The notes under the pieces: model-generated
Databases searched by the model: none
Told to the model about the DNA's origin: nothing
The model's input: the letters and a program-made list of their open reading frames with translations, nothing else
Shown here: positions 50,568-59,542 of the stretch, one piece after another
Numbering within the stretch: the stretch's first letter is position 1
Layout: every line of letters begins with the position of its first letter
Made by a program: the position numbers and the translations under genes
Assembly: GCA_965219085.1 (NCBI GenBank)
Contig: OZ244720.1
Span: 1,792,001-1,856,000 of the forward strand
DNA length: 64,000 nt
Source: Dehalococcoidia bacterium
Lineage (GTDB): Bacteria; Chloroflexota; Dehalococcoidia; UBA2979
Direction of reading: 5' to 3'

Positions 50568-51833
50568 ATGGCGCGCTCGGCCCTGGCCATGCTGGTACTC
50601 GCAGTCGTCGTCGGGTGCACGAGCGACGGCGAGCCGACGCTTCCCGCACACAACTCCGCCGCCGGAGGCGATTCCGCCCAGACTGCTACCCCACCCACCG
50701 GCGGGCGTAGCGCGGACGCGACTGCTGACTCAGCCGCCGAACGCAGCGCCGCTCCCAGCCCTTCGCCAACCCCCGGACGCGGCGCGGACACCACCCCCAC
50801 GCCAGCCGCTGCGGGCAGCACTGCCGCGACTGACGGCGCCCGCGGCGACCAACCTCGGAGCACCCTCGATGACGTGACCGCGCGCGGCACGCTCAGGTGT
50901 GCGTTGCGGCACGAACGGCCTCTGTCAGGTTTCGACGGGTTCAACGGCGGAGCGATTCGCTTCGATATAGATGTCTGCAGGGCGATAGCGGCCGCCGTGC
51001 TGGGCGACGCAACCGGGATCGAGTTCGTGAATGCACGAGACCACGAGACACGCGCCGAGTTGCTCGCGAATGGCGCGATCGACGTGCACACCGCCACCGC
51101 CACCGCCGCGCCTGCCGCAAGCTCCGGGATGGATTTTGCTCGACCGACCTTCTACACGGGCCAGGCGTTCGCAGTGCGCACGGACTCGGGAATCGAATCG
51201 ACCGCCGACATGGACGGCGCCACGATCTGCGTGGTGGCGGAGTGGGCCCCCCAGGTGGTCGTTGCCGACCACTTCACCGCTATCGGCGTCCGATCCCTCC
51301 CGAAAGCCGGTGGGCACTGGGCGGTAGCGGAGGCGTTCTTCTCGGGTCGCTGCGAGGTGCTGACCGCGTACGCGTCTGATCTCGCTATGTGGATCGGCGC
51401 ACGCGATGACCGCGACGACTACACCATCCTGCCGCAGATCATCTCGAGAGAGGCGCTCGCGCCCGCCGTACGGCAGGACGACTCCCGGTGGCGCGACATC
51501 GTGAACTGGGTCGTGCACGGCTTGATCCGCGCCGAGGAGATGGGCATCACCCAGGAGAACGTGGCCGGTATGGCCTCGAATCCGCCGAGCGTCGCCGTCG
51601 CTACGCTGCTCGGCGTCCCCTACGAGGGGGGTGTGCCCGACCTCGGCTTCGGTGTCGGCCCGCAATTCATCCAGCGGGCGATCGCCGCCGTCGGCAACTA
51701 CGGCGAGATCTACGCCCGCACCATCGGCGATACGATTCCGCGCCCTTGCACGCCGAACGCGCTGGCTATCGACGACTCGGTCGACTGTCCCGCCGGCAGT
51801 GGCGGCATCCTGTACGCGCTGCCATACCGCTAG
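50568..51833 (+). CDS. Amino-acid ABC transporter substrate-binding lipoprotein (AapJ-like); no permease nearby
   Basis: Lipobox VVGC; FDIDVCRAIAAA, ISRE.LAP.VR, GNYGEIY. Confidence 0.8.
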   Translation: MARSALAMLVLAVVVGCTSDGEPTLPAHNSAAGGDSAQTATPPTGGRSADATADSAAERSAAPSPSPTPGRGADTTPTPAAAGSTAATDGARGDQPRSTLDDVTARGTLRCALRHERPLSGFDGFNGGAIRFDIDVCRAIAAAVLGDATGIEFVNARDHETRAELLANGAIDVHTATATAAPAASSGMDFARPTFYTGQAFAVRTDSGIESTADMDGATICVVAEWAPQVVVADHFTAIGVRSLPKAGGHWAVAEAFFSGRCEVLTAYASDLAMWIGARDDRDDYTILPQIISREALAPAVRQDDSRWRDIVNWVVHGLIRAEEMGITQENVAGMASNPPSVAVATLLGVPYEGGVPDLGFGVGPQFIQRAIAAVGNYGEIYARTIGDTIPRPCTPNALAIDDSVDCPAGSGGILYALPYR

Positions 51834-51862
51834 CCCGGCGGTGTCCCGCGACGCCGTGAACA

Positions 51863-51892
51863 TTGCCCACGGCGCAAGCGGGCTCGTATACT
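51863..51892 (+). promoter_or_regulatory. Putative sigma70 promoter of dnaN
   Basis: TTGCCC-18 bp-TATACT upstream of dnaN. Confidence 0.45.
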
Positions 51893-51951
51893 CGCGACGG
51901 TTGGGGGCTCAAAAGCGCAGCGCTTGAGCGATTTCTGCTTTGGGGGCCACC

Positions 51952-53082
51952 GTGCAGCTGACCGTGCAACAAGAGGACCTGAATCGAGGCCTCAGTGCCG
52001 TCGCGCGCGCCGTCCCAACCCGCTCCACGCTGCCAATCACGAACAACATCCTGCTCGAAGCCGACGACGACCAACTCACACTCTCAGCCACCGACGCCGA
52101 GACGATCGCGATCACCTACCGGATCGCGTCGGGCATCACCGAGGCGGGCACCATCACGCTGCCCTCGCGGCTGCTATCGGACTTCGTCGCCACGCTGCCG
52201 CCCCAGCCGATCGAAATCTCGCTCGCCGAGCGATCCCGGCAGGTCAGCCTCTCGTGCGCGCGCAACGAGGCGTCCATCGGCGGGCAGGCCGCCGACGAGT
52301 TCCCGCCGATCCCTCCGGTCGAGGACGGCGACACGATTCGCATCGACGCCGCCGCACTCCGCCGCTCCATCAACCAGGTCGCGTTCGCGGCCGCCACGGA
52401 CGACTCGCGGCCCGTGCTCACGGGCGTGCACTTCGCGCTGCGCGACGGCTCGCTGCGGCTCGCCGCGGCCGACGGGTTCCGCCTCGCCGTGAACACCATC
52501 GAGGTTGGCGAGGACAGCGCGGACCGCGAGGCGATTGTGCCGGCGCGCGCCCTGAACGAACTGGCGCGGCTGCTCCCGGAGGTGAGCGAGCAGATCTCGG
52601 TCACCTTCAACCCGGCAAGCACGCAGGTGTTGTTTGACCTCGGTCACGCCACGCTCGTCGCGCAGCTCATCCAGGGCACGTTCCCGAACTACGAGCAGCT
52701 GATTCCCAGCAGCCACGCCACGAGCACCGAGGTGAGCGTCGGCGAATTCATGCGCGAGACGCGCATCGCCTCCATCTTCGCGCGCGACGGATCGGGCATC
52801 GTGCGGCTCATCGCCAGCCCCGGCGAGGACTCGACGGGCCGGCTGACGGTGACGGCGCGCGCGGAAGAGGTGGGCAACAACGAGGGCGAGATCGACGCGC
52901 TGGTGGAGGGCGAGGAGGCCCGCATCGCCTTCAACAGCCGCTACCTGATCGAGGTCCTCGGCGCCCTCGACACGGACCGCGTGGCGATCGAGACAAGCTC
53001 GCCCTCAAGCCCCGGCGTCATCCGCCCCGTCGGCAACGACGATTACGTCCACGTCGTCATGCCGATGTTCGTTCAATGGTAG
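51952..53082 (+). CDS. dnaN: DNA polymerase III beta sliding clamp
   Basis: LSATD, SRPVLTGV, AADGFRLA, FPNY, IAFNSRYL, VVMPM. Confidence 0.96.
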   Translation: MQLTVQQEDLNRGLSAVARAVPTRSTLPITNNILLEADDDQLTLSATDAETIAITYRIASGITEAGTITLPSRLLSDFVATLPPQPIEISLAERSRQVSLSCARNEASIGGQAADEFPPIPPVEDGDTIRIDAAALRRSINQVAFAAATDDSRPVLTGVHFALRDGSLRLAAADGFRLAVNTIEVGEDSADREAIVPARALNELARLLPEVSEQISVTFNPASTQVLFDLGHATLVAQLIQGTFPNYEQLIPSSHATSTEVSVGEFMRETRIASIFARDGSGIVRLIASPGEDSTGRLTVTARAEEVGNNEGEIDALVEGEEARIAFNSRYLIEVLGALDTDRVAIETSSPSSPGVIRPVGNDDYVHVVMPMFVQW

Positions 53083-54607
53083 CAAAATCCTTTGCCTCCA
53101 CTCCCTCGATCATCGGCACCTCGACGCGTACATCGGCCTCATCAGGAGCGACGTTCACTCGCACCTCGAGGGCCTGAAGCAGCAGCGCCAACTCGTCCCC
53201 GTCTGCCTCCCTCACCCACTCGCGGATGAACTCAAGCGCTTCCGGCATGCGCTCCCGCAGCAACTCTGGATCGGGGCCGGGCTCGCATTCTGAGCGGAGC
53301 TGTGCCTGCTCGCGCTCCAGCGCAGCCCGACGCCTCGTCAGTCGCTCCTTCTTCTCCTGGAAGGCGTCCCTGGCGATCTCACCCTCCGTGTAGAGGTCGA
53401 CGAGCCGGTCTTCGCTCTCGTCGAGGTGGCTGAGCTCCCGTGTGAGCTCGGTCAGCCGGGCAGCGTGGTCCGTCCCGCCCCGCAGCCGCTCGGCCATGCC
53501 GATCGCGAGCTCCGGGTTCGCCAAGACGTCCCCGATCGTGTCGCGGACGGCCGACTCAAGGACTTCCTTCCGAACCAGGCGGCTCGCGCAGCGCTTGTCC
53601 TCGCGGGAGAGGTACAGACGGTTGCAGCGATAGTAGAGGTAGCGCCCGCGGTTGACGGACTGCCCGACCATGCCCGCACCGCAATCCCGGCAGCGGAGCC
53701 GCCCGCTCAAGGGGTACGTGCGCGACGGAGCCCGCGCGTTGCGACGCTCGGGGTCTTCGAAGCGGGCCTGAGCGCTGGCGTACAACTCGGGGGAAACGAT
53801 CTGCGGCGACGCCCCATCGATCACGATGTGTTCGCTCGGATCCTGCTCGACCACGCGCCGCTTCCGACTACGGCCACCGGATTGTCGGATCATCTCAGCC
53901 TTGGTGCGCCGGTAGACGGTGCGGCCGGTGTAGGTCTCGTTGCGCAGGATCCGGTGGACCGTCACCGGGTACCACTGCTTGCCGGTTAACGTCGGGATGC
54001 CGTCGGCGTTGAGCTCGGTCGCGATGCGGTTAACGGCCTTGCCCGAGGCGAACCCCTCGAAGATGCGCCCAACGACGGGCGACTGCTGGGGATTCAGCAC
54101 GCGCTGTCCTGTCTCGCGGACGTAGATGTACCCGTAGCACCCCGCGCCGGTGCCCTGAGCGAGCTGGCCATTGCGGGCGCGCTCGGCCTTGCCGCGCATC
54201 GTGCGCTCGGCGATCTTCTCGCGCTCGACCTCGGCAATGAGCGCACGCGCGGCCACGATGAACTTCCCGATCGCGGTGTCCTCGAAGTCCTCGGTCGCGA
54301 AATCGAGGCGCACGCCGCTGGTCTCGGCCTCGTCGAAGAGCACGCCGATGTGATTCTGACTCCTCGATACGCGGTCGAGCGCGAAGGCGAGCAGCACGTC
54401 GCACTCGCCGTCGCGCATCATGCGACGCACTTCGGCCATCCCCGGCCGCTCGAGCGACGACCCGCTCGCAGTGTCGCGGATCGTGCGGATGACCGTGTAG
54501 CCGGCCGCTCCCGCGTACTCCAGGCTGGCGCGCTCCTGCGTGTCGAGTGAGGTGCCCTCATCCGCTTGCGCGTCGGTCGACACCCTCGAGTAGACAATCG
54601 TTCGCAT
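53057..54607 (-). CDS. Large serine recombinase (integrase)
   Basis: YSRVST catalytic Ser, DRVSR, recombinase domain, Zn ribbon CRDC...YYRC...C, coiled coil. Confidence 0.93.
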   Translation of the reverse strand: MRTIVYSRVSTDAQADEGTSLDTQERASLEYAGAAGYTVIRTIRDTASGSSLERPGMAEVRRMMRDGECDVLLAFALDRVSRSQNHIGVLFDEAETSGVRLDFATEDFEDTAIGKFIVAARALIAEVEREKIAERTMRGKAERARNGQLAQGTGAGCYGYIYVRETGQRVLNPQQSPVVGRIFEGFASGKAVNRIATELNADGIPTLTGKQWYPVTVHRILRNETYTGRTVYRRTKAEMIRQSGGRSRKRRVVEQDPSEHIVIDGASPQIVSPELYASAQARFEDPERRNARAPSRTYPLSGRLRCRDCGAGMVGQSVNRGRYLYYRCNRLYLSREDKRCASRLVRKEVLESAVRDTIGDVLANPELAIGMAERLRGGTDHAARLTELTRELSHLDESEDRLVDLYTEGEIARDAFQEKKERLTRRRAALEREQAQLRSECEPGPDPELLRERMPEALEFIREWVREADGDELALLLQALEVRVNVAPDEADVRVEVPMIEGVEAKDFATIERTSA

Positions 54608-54610
54608 GTT

Positions 54611-54856
54611 CTACCCCCGTTGCATTCTACCGCGTGAGACGCCCTGCACTGCGGTCTTCGTCGTTGTCTCGACTTCGTCTTCCCGCGTCGCGCCAGCAGC
54701 TGCTGCGTGCGCGATCGTCAACTCAGTGAGGATCCGGCCCCAGAGGTCATTCCATGCCTTCACAGGCTCGTCTCCATACACGTCGACCTCGAGCCGCGCG
54801 CGAACTTTGCGCGACCCTCCCGTCTGCTTTGTGTCGCTCCTGCTGTCTCCACTCAT
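54611..54856 (-). CDS. Small hypothetical protein directly upstream of the recombinase
   Basis: 81 aa, stop 3 bp before the recombinase ATG, GGAG-like RBS. Confidence 0.6.
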   Translation of the reverse strand: MSGDSRSDTKQTGGSRKVRARLEVDVYGDEPVKAWNDLWGRILTELTIAHAAAAGATREDEVETTTKTAVQGVSRGRMQRG

Positions 54857-55308
54857 CCCACTCCACCCGGCGACTTGGCCGCGACTGAGACATGCTCATC
54901 ACGGCGGCTTGTTGCTCGCCGCCGTTGGGTTCGCGCCGGCGGCGGGCGCAAGGCCCCCCGAAGGGGGCCGGGCACGGCCAAGCCGCACGCCCGACGTGGG
55001 AGAGGCCACCCGGGAGCGGTCAGTCGCGAGAGCGGAGCAGGATGGGCGGTGTGGAGCGGGCTTGGTCGGTCTGAGGGCTCGGACTGCGAGGTGGAGCGTC
55101 AGGCCTCAGGGACAACGGACTGGAGATCCCGCCTCACCGGGGATCCCGAACACTGGCTGGATAAGGGGAGGAAGAATCGCAATCGTTGGGGAAGTTCAGG
55201 AGGAAGGTGGTCTGGGGGAGGTGGTCGATTTCAGTACCGTCAGTGGGTGGGACACATTGGCGCGCACGCGCCGGACGGAGCCAGCGTTGCCGTCACCCCC
55301 CACGCACG

Positions 55309-55330
55309 AAAAACCCGCCTCGCGGCAGGT
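55309..55330 (-). terminator. Putative intrinsic terminator
   Basis: Minus-strand hairpin ACCTGCC-GCGA-GGCGGGT followed by a T-run, downstream of the 55362 ORF. Confidence 0.55.
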
Positions 55331-55361
55331 CTCCGTACGGCAGGACGCAGGGCAGGGAGCG

Positions 55362-55691
55362 TTACGGGGTGACTGTCCCGTCGATGACCGGTTGCCCGAC
55401 CTCGACGATCCGTACAGCCGTGCCGGCCGACAAGTCGACCAGCTTCCCGTACAGCAGCCACTGGCCGGCGCCCAGAATGGCGAACCCGGCCAGCACGACG
55501 CTCAGGACCGCACCTGCGGCCCAGCGCATCTCCCCGCGAAGCGTGGCAACGTCACTCCGTAGTGACGCCAGCTCCGCCTGAATGACGGCGAGGTTGGCGG
55601 TCGCAGCGGCTTGCACTGTTTCCACCTCCCTCTGCGCAACTGAGACCGCTTCAACACGGTCCTCCAGTCGCTCCATCCTGGCTAACACCAT
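55362..55691 (-). CDS. Small coiled-coil protein with a C-terminal TM helix
   Basis: RBS AAGGAG; heptad pattern, then WAAGAVLSVVLAGFAILG. Confidence 0.65.
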   Translation of the reverse strand: MVLARMERLEDRVEAVSVAQREVETVQAAATANLAVIQAELASLRSDVATLRGEMRWAAGAVLSVVLAGFAILGAGQWLLYGKLVDLSAGTAVRIVEVGQPVIDGTVTP

Positions 55692-55881
55692 AGCGGACTC
55701 CTTCGAGCCCTGCACCGCCAGACCCTCTGGCGGTGACGACGCCTGGCCGAGCCCCGCGAAGGGCCATGGCCGCGCGTCGTCGAGGTGTCGCACTGGTGAG
55801 TGTTGCTAGCTGCCGTGACCGCAGCCGGCCTCGCCACCGCCCGCTCATGGCGGCGATGGCGACGAGCAAGGGCAGCGTCTT

Positions 55882-56444
55882 CTAGGCCACGGGCGCTTGC
55901 CCGAACGGCGATGCGACTCGGGCGCGCTCGTCCCGCGACAGCGCCATGTACCTGTGTATGCGAGCGCCGTGCTGACGCGCGATCTCCACGCTCTGCTCGT
56001 CATGGTCGCGCGTATGCGGGCCATCGAGCCAAGCGACCACCGACTCCGCGACGCCACGCGTGAGCCCCGCCGCGCCGTCCGTTTGGAACAGCGGCTGCCA
56101 GGGGTAGAAATCGTCCTCGTCGTCGACGACGGCGTAACGACTCAGCCCCGGGTTCCGATGGAGCCACAACGCGACTTCGTCGCCGCGGAGCGCCTCGGCG
56201 GGCAGCGTGTCGGTGCACGCGTGTATCACCACGCGGCCGCTCACTCCCGCAGCAGGTCGGCGTACTTGCGCCACGAGCTCGCGAGCACGGTGTAGACCGG
56301 GACGACCGACGCCACGATGAAATCGAAGTTCGCCGCAAGCGATTCTTCAATCGAACCCATCGCCGCATCTCGACGGTGCCGGTTCAGCACCCCGTCCACG
56401 TCCAGGAACACACCATGTCGTCCCCGCGTTGTCTGTCCATCCAT
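55882..56444 (-). pseudogene. HAD phosphatase of the Swiss-army-knife RNA-repair type (HAD_SAK_2-like), frameshifted near 56243
   Basis: FLDVDGVLN...SSWR in one frame; RGDEV..WL...YAVVDD...TD...GLT in the next. Confidence 0.72.
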
Positions 56445-56981
56445 GAGCCTCTCCTCGTGTACGGCCCGCCGAATGGCGTGGTGCTCGCTAGCTGTTGTGA
56501 ATGCAGCCGACCTCGCGGTCGCTCGCCGCCTCGGTCATGGCGACGAGCTCATCGCGATGCTGCCCGTCGCCGGTCCACGCCGGGGCGAACCCCTCCGCCA
56601 CCATCACGGCGTCGATGGAGACTCCCTCCAGCGTGTAGACGTAGCGCAGCGTGCGGCCGTGCTTGTCCGCCTCCCGCGGGCCAGGCTCGACCAGGACCGC
56701 CTCACCGACGAGCTCGCGCAGCCGGTTGGTGGCCTCCATGTAGCAGGCTTCGCCGCGCTCACGTGTGTCGATACCGTAGAAGCGGATGCGGCGACCGTCG
56801 GCGATGTCGAAGGTGTCGCCGTCAACGACCGCGACGACCTCGACGCGTTCGGTTGGCTCCCGTGGCGTGACGGCCGAGACGTCGGCCAGTCGCGTTGTCG
56901 CTGTGACCCGACCCCTTGAAACGGGACCACCGTTGATGAGAGTCCTCTGGCCCATGAAAGTGGGTGGAGGAGGACATCACG

Positions 56982-57260
56982 GTGAAACGACGCAGGCACA
57001 CGCCCGAGCAGATCGTGCGGAAGCTGCGGGAGGTGGAGCGGCTGCTCGGTGAGGGGCAGACGATCGCCGAGGCGGCGAAGCAGGTCGAGATCTCGGAGCA
57101 GACCTACCACCGCTGGCGCAACCAGTACGGCGGGATGAAGGCCGACGACGCCAAACGGCTGCGCGAGCTGGAGCGCGAGAACGCCCGGCTGAAGCGGATC
57201 GTCGCCGACAAGGAACTCGAGATCGACGCGCTCAAGGAGATCGCCCGGGGAAACTGGTAA
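56982..57260 (+). CDS. IS3 transposase OrfA
   Basis: HTPEQIVRKL, TYHRWR..YGGM, LERENARLK; GGGAAAC slippery site at the end. Confidence 0.9.
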   Translation: MKRRRHTPEQIVRKLREVERLLGEGQTIAEAAKQVEISEQTYHRWRNQYGGMKADDAKRLRELERENARLKRIVADKELEIDALKEIARGNW

Positions 57261-58113
57261 GCCCGTCGCGCCGGCGCGAGGCAGTCTGCATGTTGCAGGA
57301 CCGCCTCGAGTTGTCGGAACGGCGGGCATGCCGGGTCACCGGCCAGCACCGCTCCACACAGCGCCGCCTCCCGACGCGCGGCCGCGGCGACGACGCGCTG
57401 CGCGCGGAACTCCACGCCTTCTCGCGTGGCCACCCCCGCTGGGGGTACCGCCGGGTCTGGGCGACCTTACGCGAGGAGGGCTGGGGCGTGAATCGCAAGC
57501 GGGTGCAACGGCTCTGGCGTGAGGAAGGGCTGCGCGTCCCGGTGAAACGGCGCAAGCGTCAGCGCCTGGGGGACTCGGCGGTGCCCGCCGCCAGGCTGCG
57601 CGCTGAGCGGCCGAACCACGTCTGGGCGCTGGACTTCCTGTTCGACCAGACCGCGGACGGGCGGGTCCTGAAGCTGCTCAACATCGTCGACGAGCACACA
57701 CGGGAGGCGCTGGCGATCGTGGCCGCAGGAGCATCAACGCCGACGCCACGGCCTCAACGCTCGAGGGGATCGTCGCCCGGCGCGGGACGGCGCCTGGGTA
57801 CATCCGCTGCGACAACGGTCCAGAGCTCACGGCCAACGCGCTGCGCGACTGGTGCCGGTTCTCCGGCACGGGCAGCAGCTACATCGAGCCCGGTGCGCCG
57901 TGGGAGAACCCGTACGTGGAGTCGTTCAACGGCCGGCTGCGCGACGAGTTCCTGGCCGTCGAGCAGTTCGACAGCCTGCTCGAGGCGCAGGTGCTGCTTG
58001 AGGACTGGCGGATCGAGTACAACACGAAGCGCCCGCATAGCAGCCTGGGCTGGCTCGCCCCGGCTGCCTACGCCGAGCGCTGGGAGGCTCAGCAGCACGC
58101 TGGACTCTCATAA
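57257..58113 (+). pseudogene. IS3 transposase OrfB with an extra frameshift near 57727
   Basis: WGYRR, WALDF, IVDEHTRE; then CDNGPE, PWENPYVESFNG, YN..RPHSSLG in another frame. Confidence 0.85.
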
Positions 58114-58510
58114 GCGGTGGTCTCGCGAAGGGGGTCCGGTCAGCTGCACCGGCGCCCTCGGGGGTGGCGTTCTGCGCGTCGCCGGCCATGTCCAGCAACG
58201 TCTCGCCCCCGGAGTACATGAGCATGGTGAAGAAGCTCCCCACCACAATGCCGACCAGCGCCCGGATGATGAACCGTATGAGCTGTGTGTCTTTCTGGTG
58301 CTGAGCACCGAAAACGCCGGCAGCGCCGGCGTGAGTGAGTTGGTTGCCGATACCGAGGCCCCTATTGGGCGGCGACGACGCGCCCGCGACGAGCACAGCA
58401 AGAAGCCCTCCTGTTGAAGGAGGGCGTCTGCTGTGCCGAGTGCGCTTGCGAGGCAGCGCCGCCTGTTCACGGCAGTCCAGGGTCGCCGGAATTACGACGC
58501 CCCGGCGAGT

Positions 58511-58599
58511 CGCTGGGTTGATGAGGATTCGCGGCATCGGACTGCGGGCATCGAAAAACCCGCCGGATGGCGGGCTGTCGATGTGCGCAGGAGAGCGAT
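58511..58599. repeat. 89-bp direct repeat, copy 1 (contains a minus-strand terminator hairpin at 58559-58574)
   Basis: Aligns without gaps to 59126-59214. Confidence 0.9.
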
Positions 58600-58995
58600 C
58601 TAGCGATCGCGGAGGGCCTCGGCTAGCGAATCCCCGATCTCGATGGTGACTGCGCCGTCGCCACCGAGTACAACCGCGAGTGTGACAGCGATTGCAGCCA
58701 CTGCAATGACCAGGCCAAGCAGATTCAGGCTCGTCTTCAGCGAGTCCATCCTGCCGTCGAGCGAACCGATCTTGGTGTTGAGGTCGGAGCGGACCGAGTC
58801 GATCTTGGTGTCGAGCGAGTCCATCTTGGATTCGAGCGACGACAAGGCGGACGCGATCGTCTTCGCCGTCGCTTCCATGTTGTTCTCGACTGCTTCCATC
58901 TTCGTGTCCTGCGCAGCCAGTCGCGTGTCGGACGCGGCTATGGCCACACTTACTGCTGCGCGATCCTCAGCAGCTGGGTTCTCTACCGATGCCAC
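58600..58995 (-). CDS. Coiled-coil protein with Bdr/KID-like repeats and a C-terminal TM helix
   Basis: SKMDSLDTKIDSVRSDLNTKI repeats, then LLGLVIAVAAIAVTLAVVL; RBS AAGGGG. Confidence 0.65.
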   Translation of the reverse strand: MASVENPAAEDRAAVSVAIAASDTRLAAQDTKMEAVENNMEATAKTIASALSSLESKMDSLDTKIDSVRSDLNTKIGSLDGRMDSLKTSLNLLGLVIAVAAIAVTLAVVLGGDGAVTIEIGDSLAEALRDR

Positions 58996-59125
58996 CTGTT
59001 TCCCCCTTGGAGTGTACATCCGCCGCCGGAGCCGTGCGCTCTGGCGCGCTCGTCCGTTGCCGAGTCGTGGTGACTCGGCAACGGACGAGCGAAGCGGCGG
59101 CAGGTGATGCCGCCACTTCGGTCGC

Positions 59126-59214
59126 CGCTGGGTTGATGAGGACTCGCGGCATCGGGTCGCGGGCATCAAAAAACCCGCCATCCGGCGGGTTGTCGATGTG
59201 CGCTGGAGAACGAT
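59126..59214. repeat. 89-bp direct repeat, copy 2 (terminator hairpin at 59174-59189)
   Basis: Aligns without gaps to 58511-58599. Confidence 0.9.
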
Positions 59215-59542
59215 TCGCCGAGTAGGCCCGGTCAGCCGCTAGATGTACTGACCACACAGGTGTGAGACACGGCCGACGGGCGGGAGGCCGCCGAGCGAGC
59301 CGTGGGGACGGTGCCTGTTGTACCACCTGAGCCACCCTGCGAGGGCTCTCGCGCGGTTCGCACTGGACGGGTAGGCGAAGGCGTATGCCCAGCTCCGCAG
59401 CAGCATCTGGATGAAGCGCTCCGCCTTGCCGTTGGTGCGCGGCGTGTAGGGCCGCGTCCGCAGGTGGCGCAGCCCCAGCTCGTCGCAGCGAGCCCGCCAG
59501 GCGTGCGATGCGTACGCGGGCCCGTTGAGTTCCTAACGGATG

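Larger units (their letters stand above)
56904..58142 (+). mobile_element. IS3-family insertion sequence (IS407-like)
   Basis: TG...CA ends, IRs TGACCCGACCCC / GGGGTCCGGTCA, 4-bp target duplication GCTG. Confidence 0.92.
56488..58396 (-). pseudogene. Membrane-anchored thermonuclease (SNase) interrupted by IS3
   Basis: VVDGDT, IRFYGIDT.E, DKHGRTLRYV; removing IS3 and one GCTG rejoins EGAGA|ATTRL in frame with the TM-containing N-terminus. Confidence 0.82.

Noticed and set aside
51834-51951. oriC next to dnaN
   Set aside because: No dnaA and no TTATCCACA-type boxes visible
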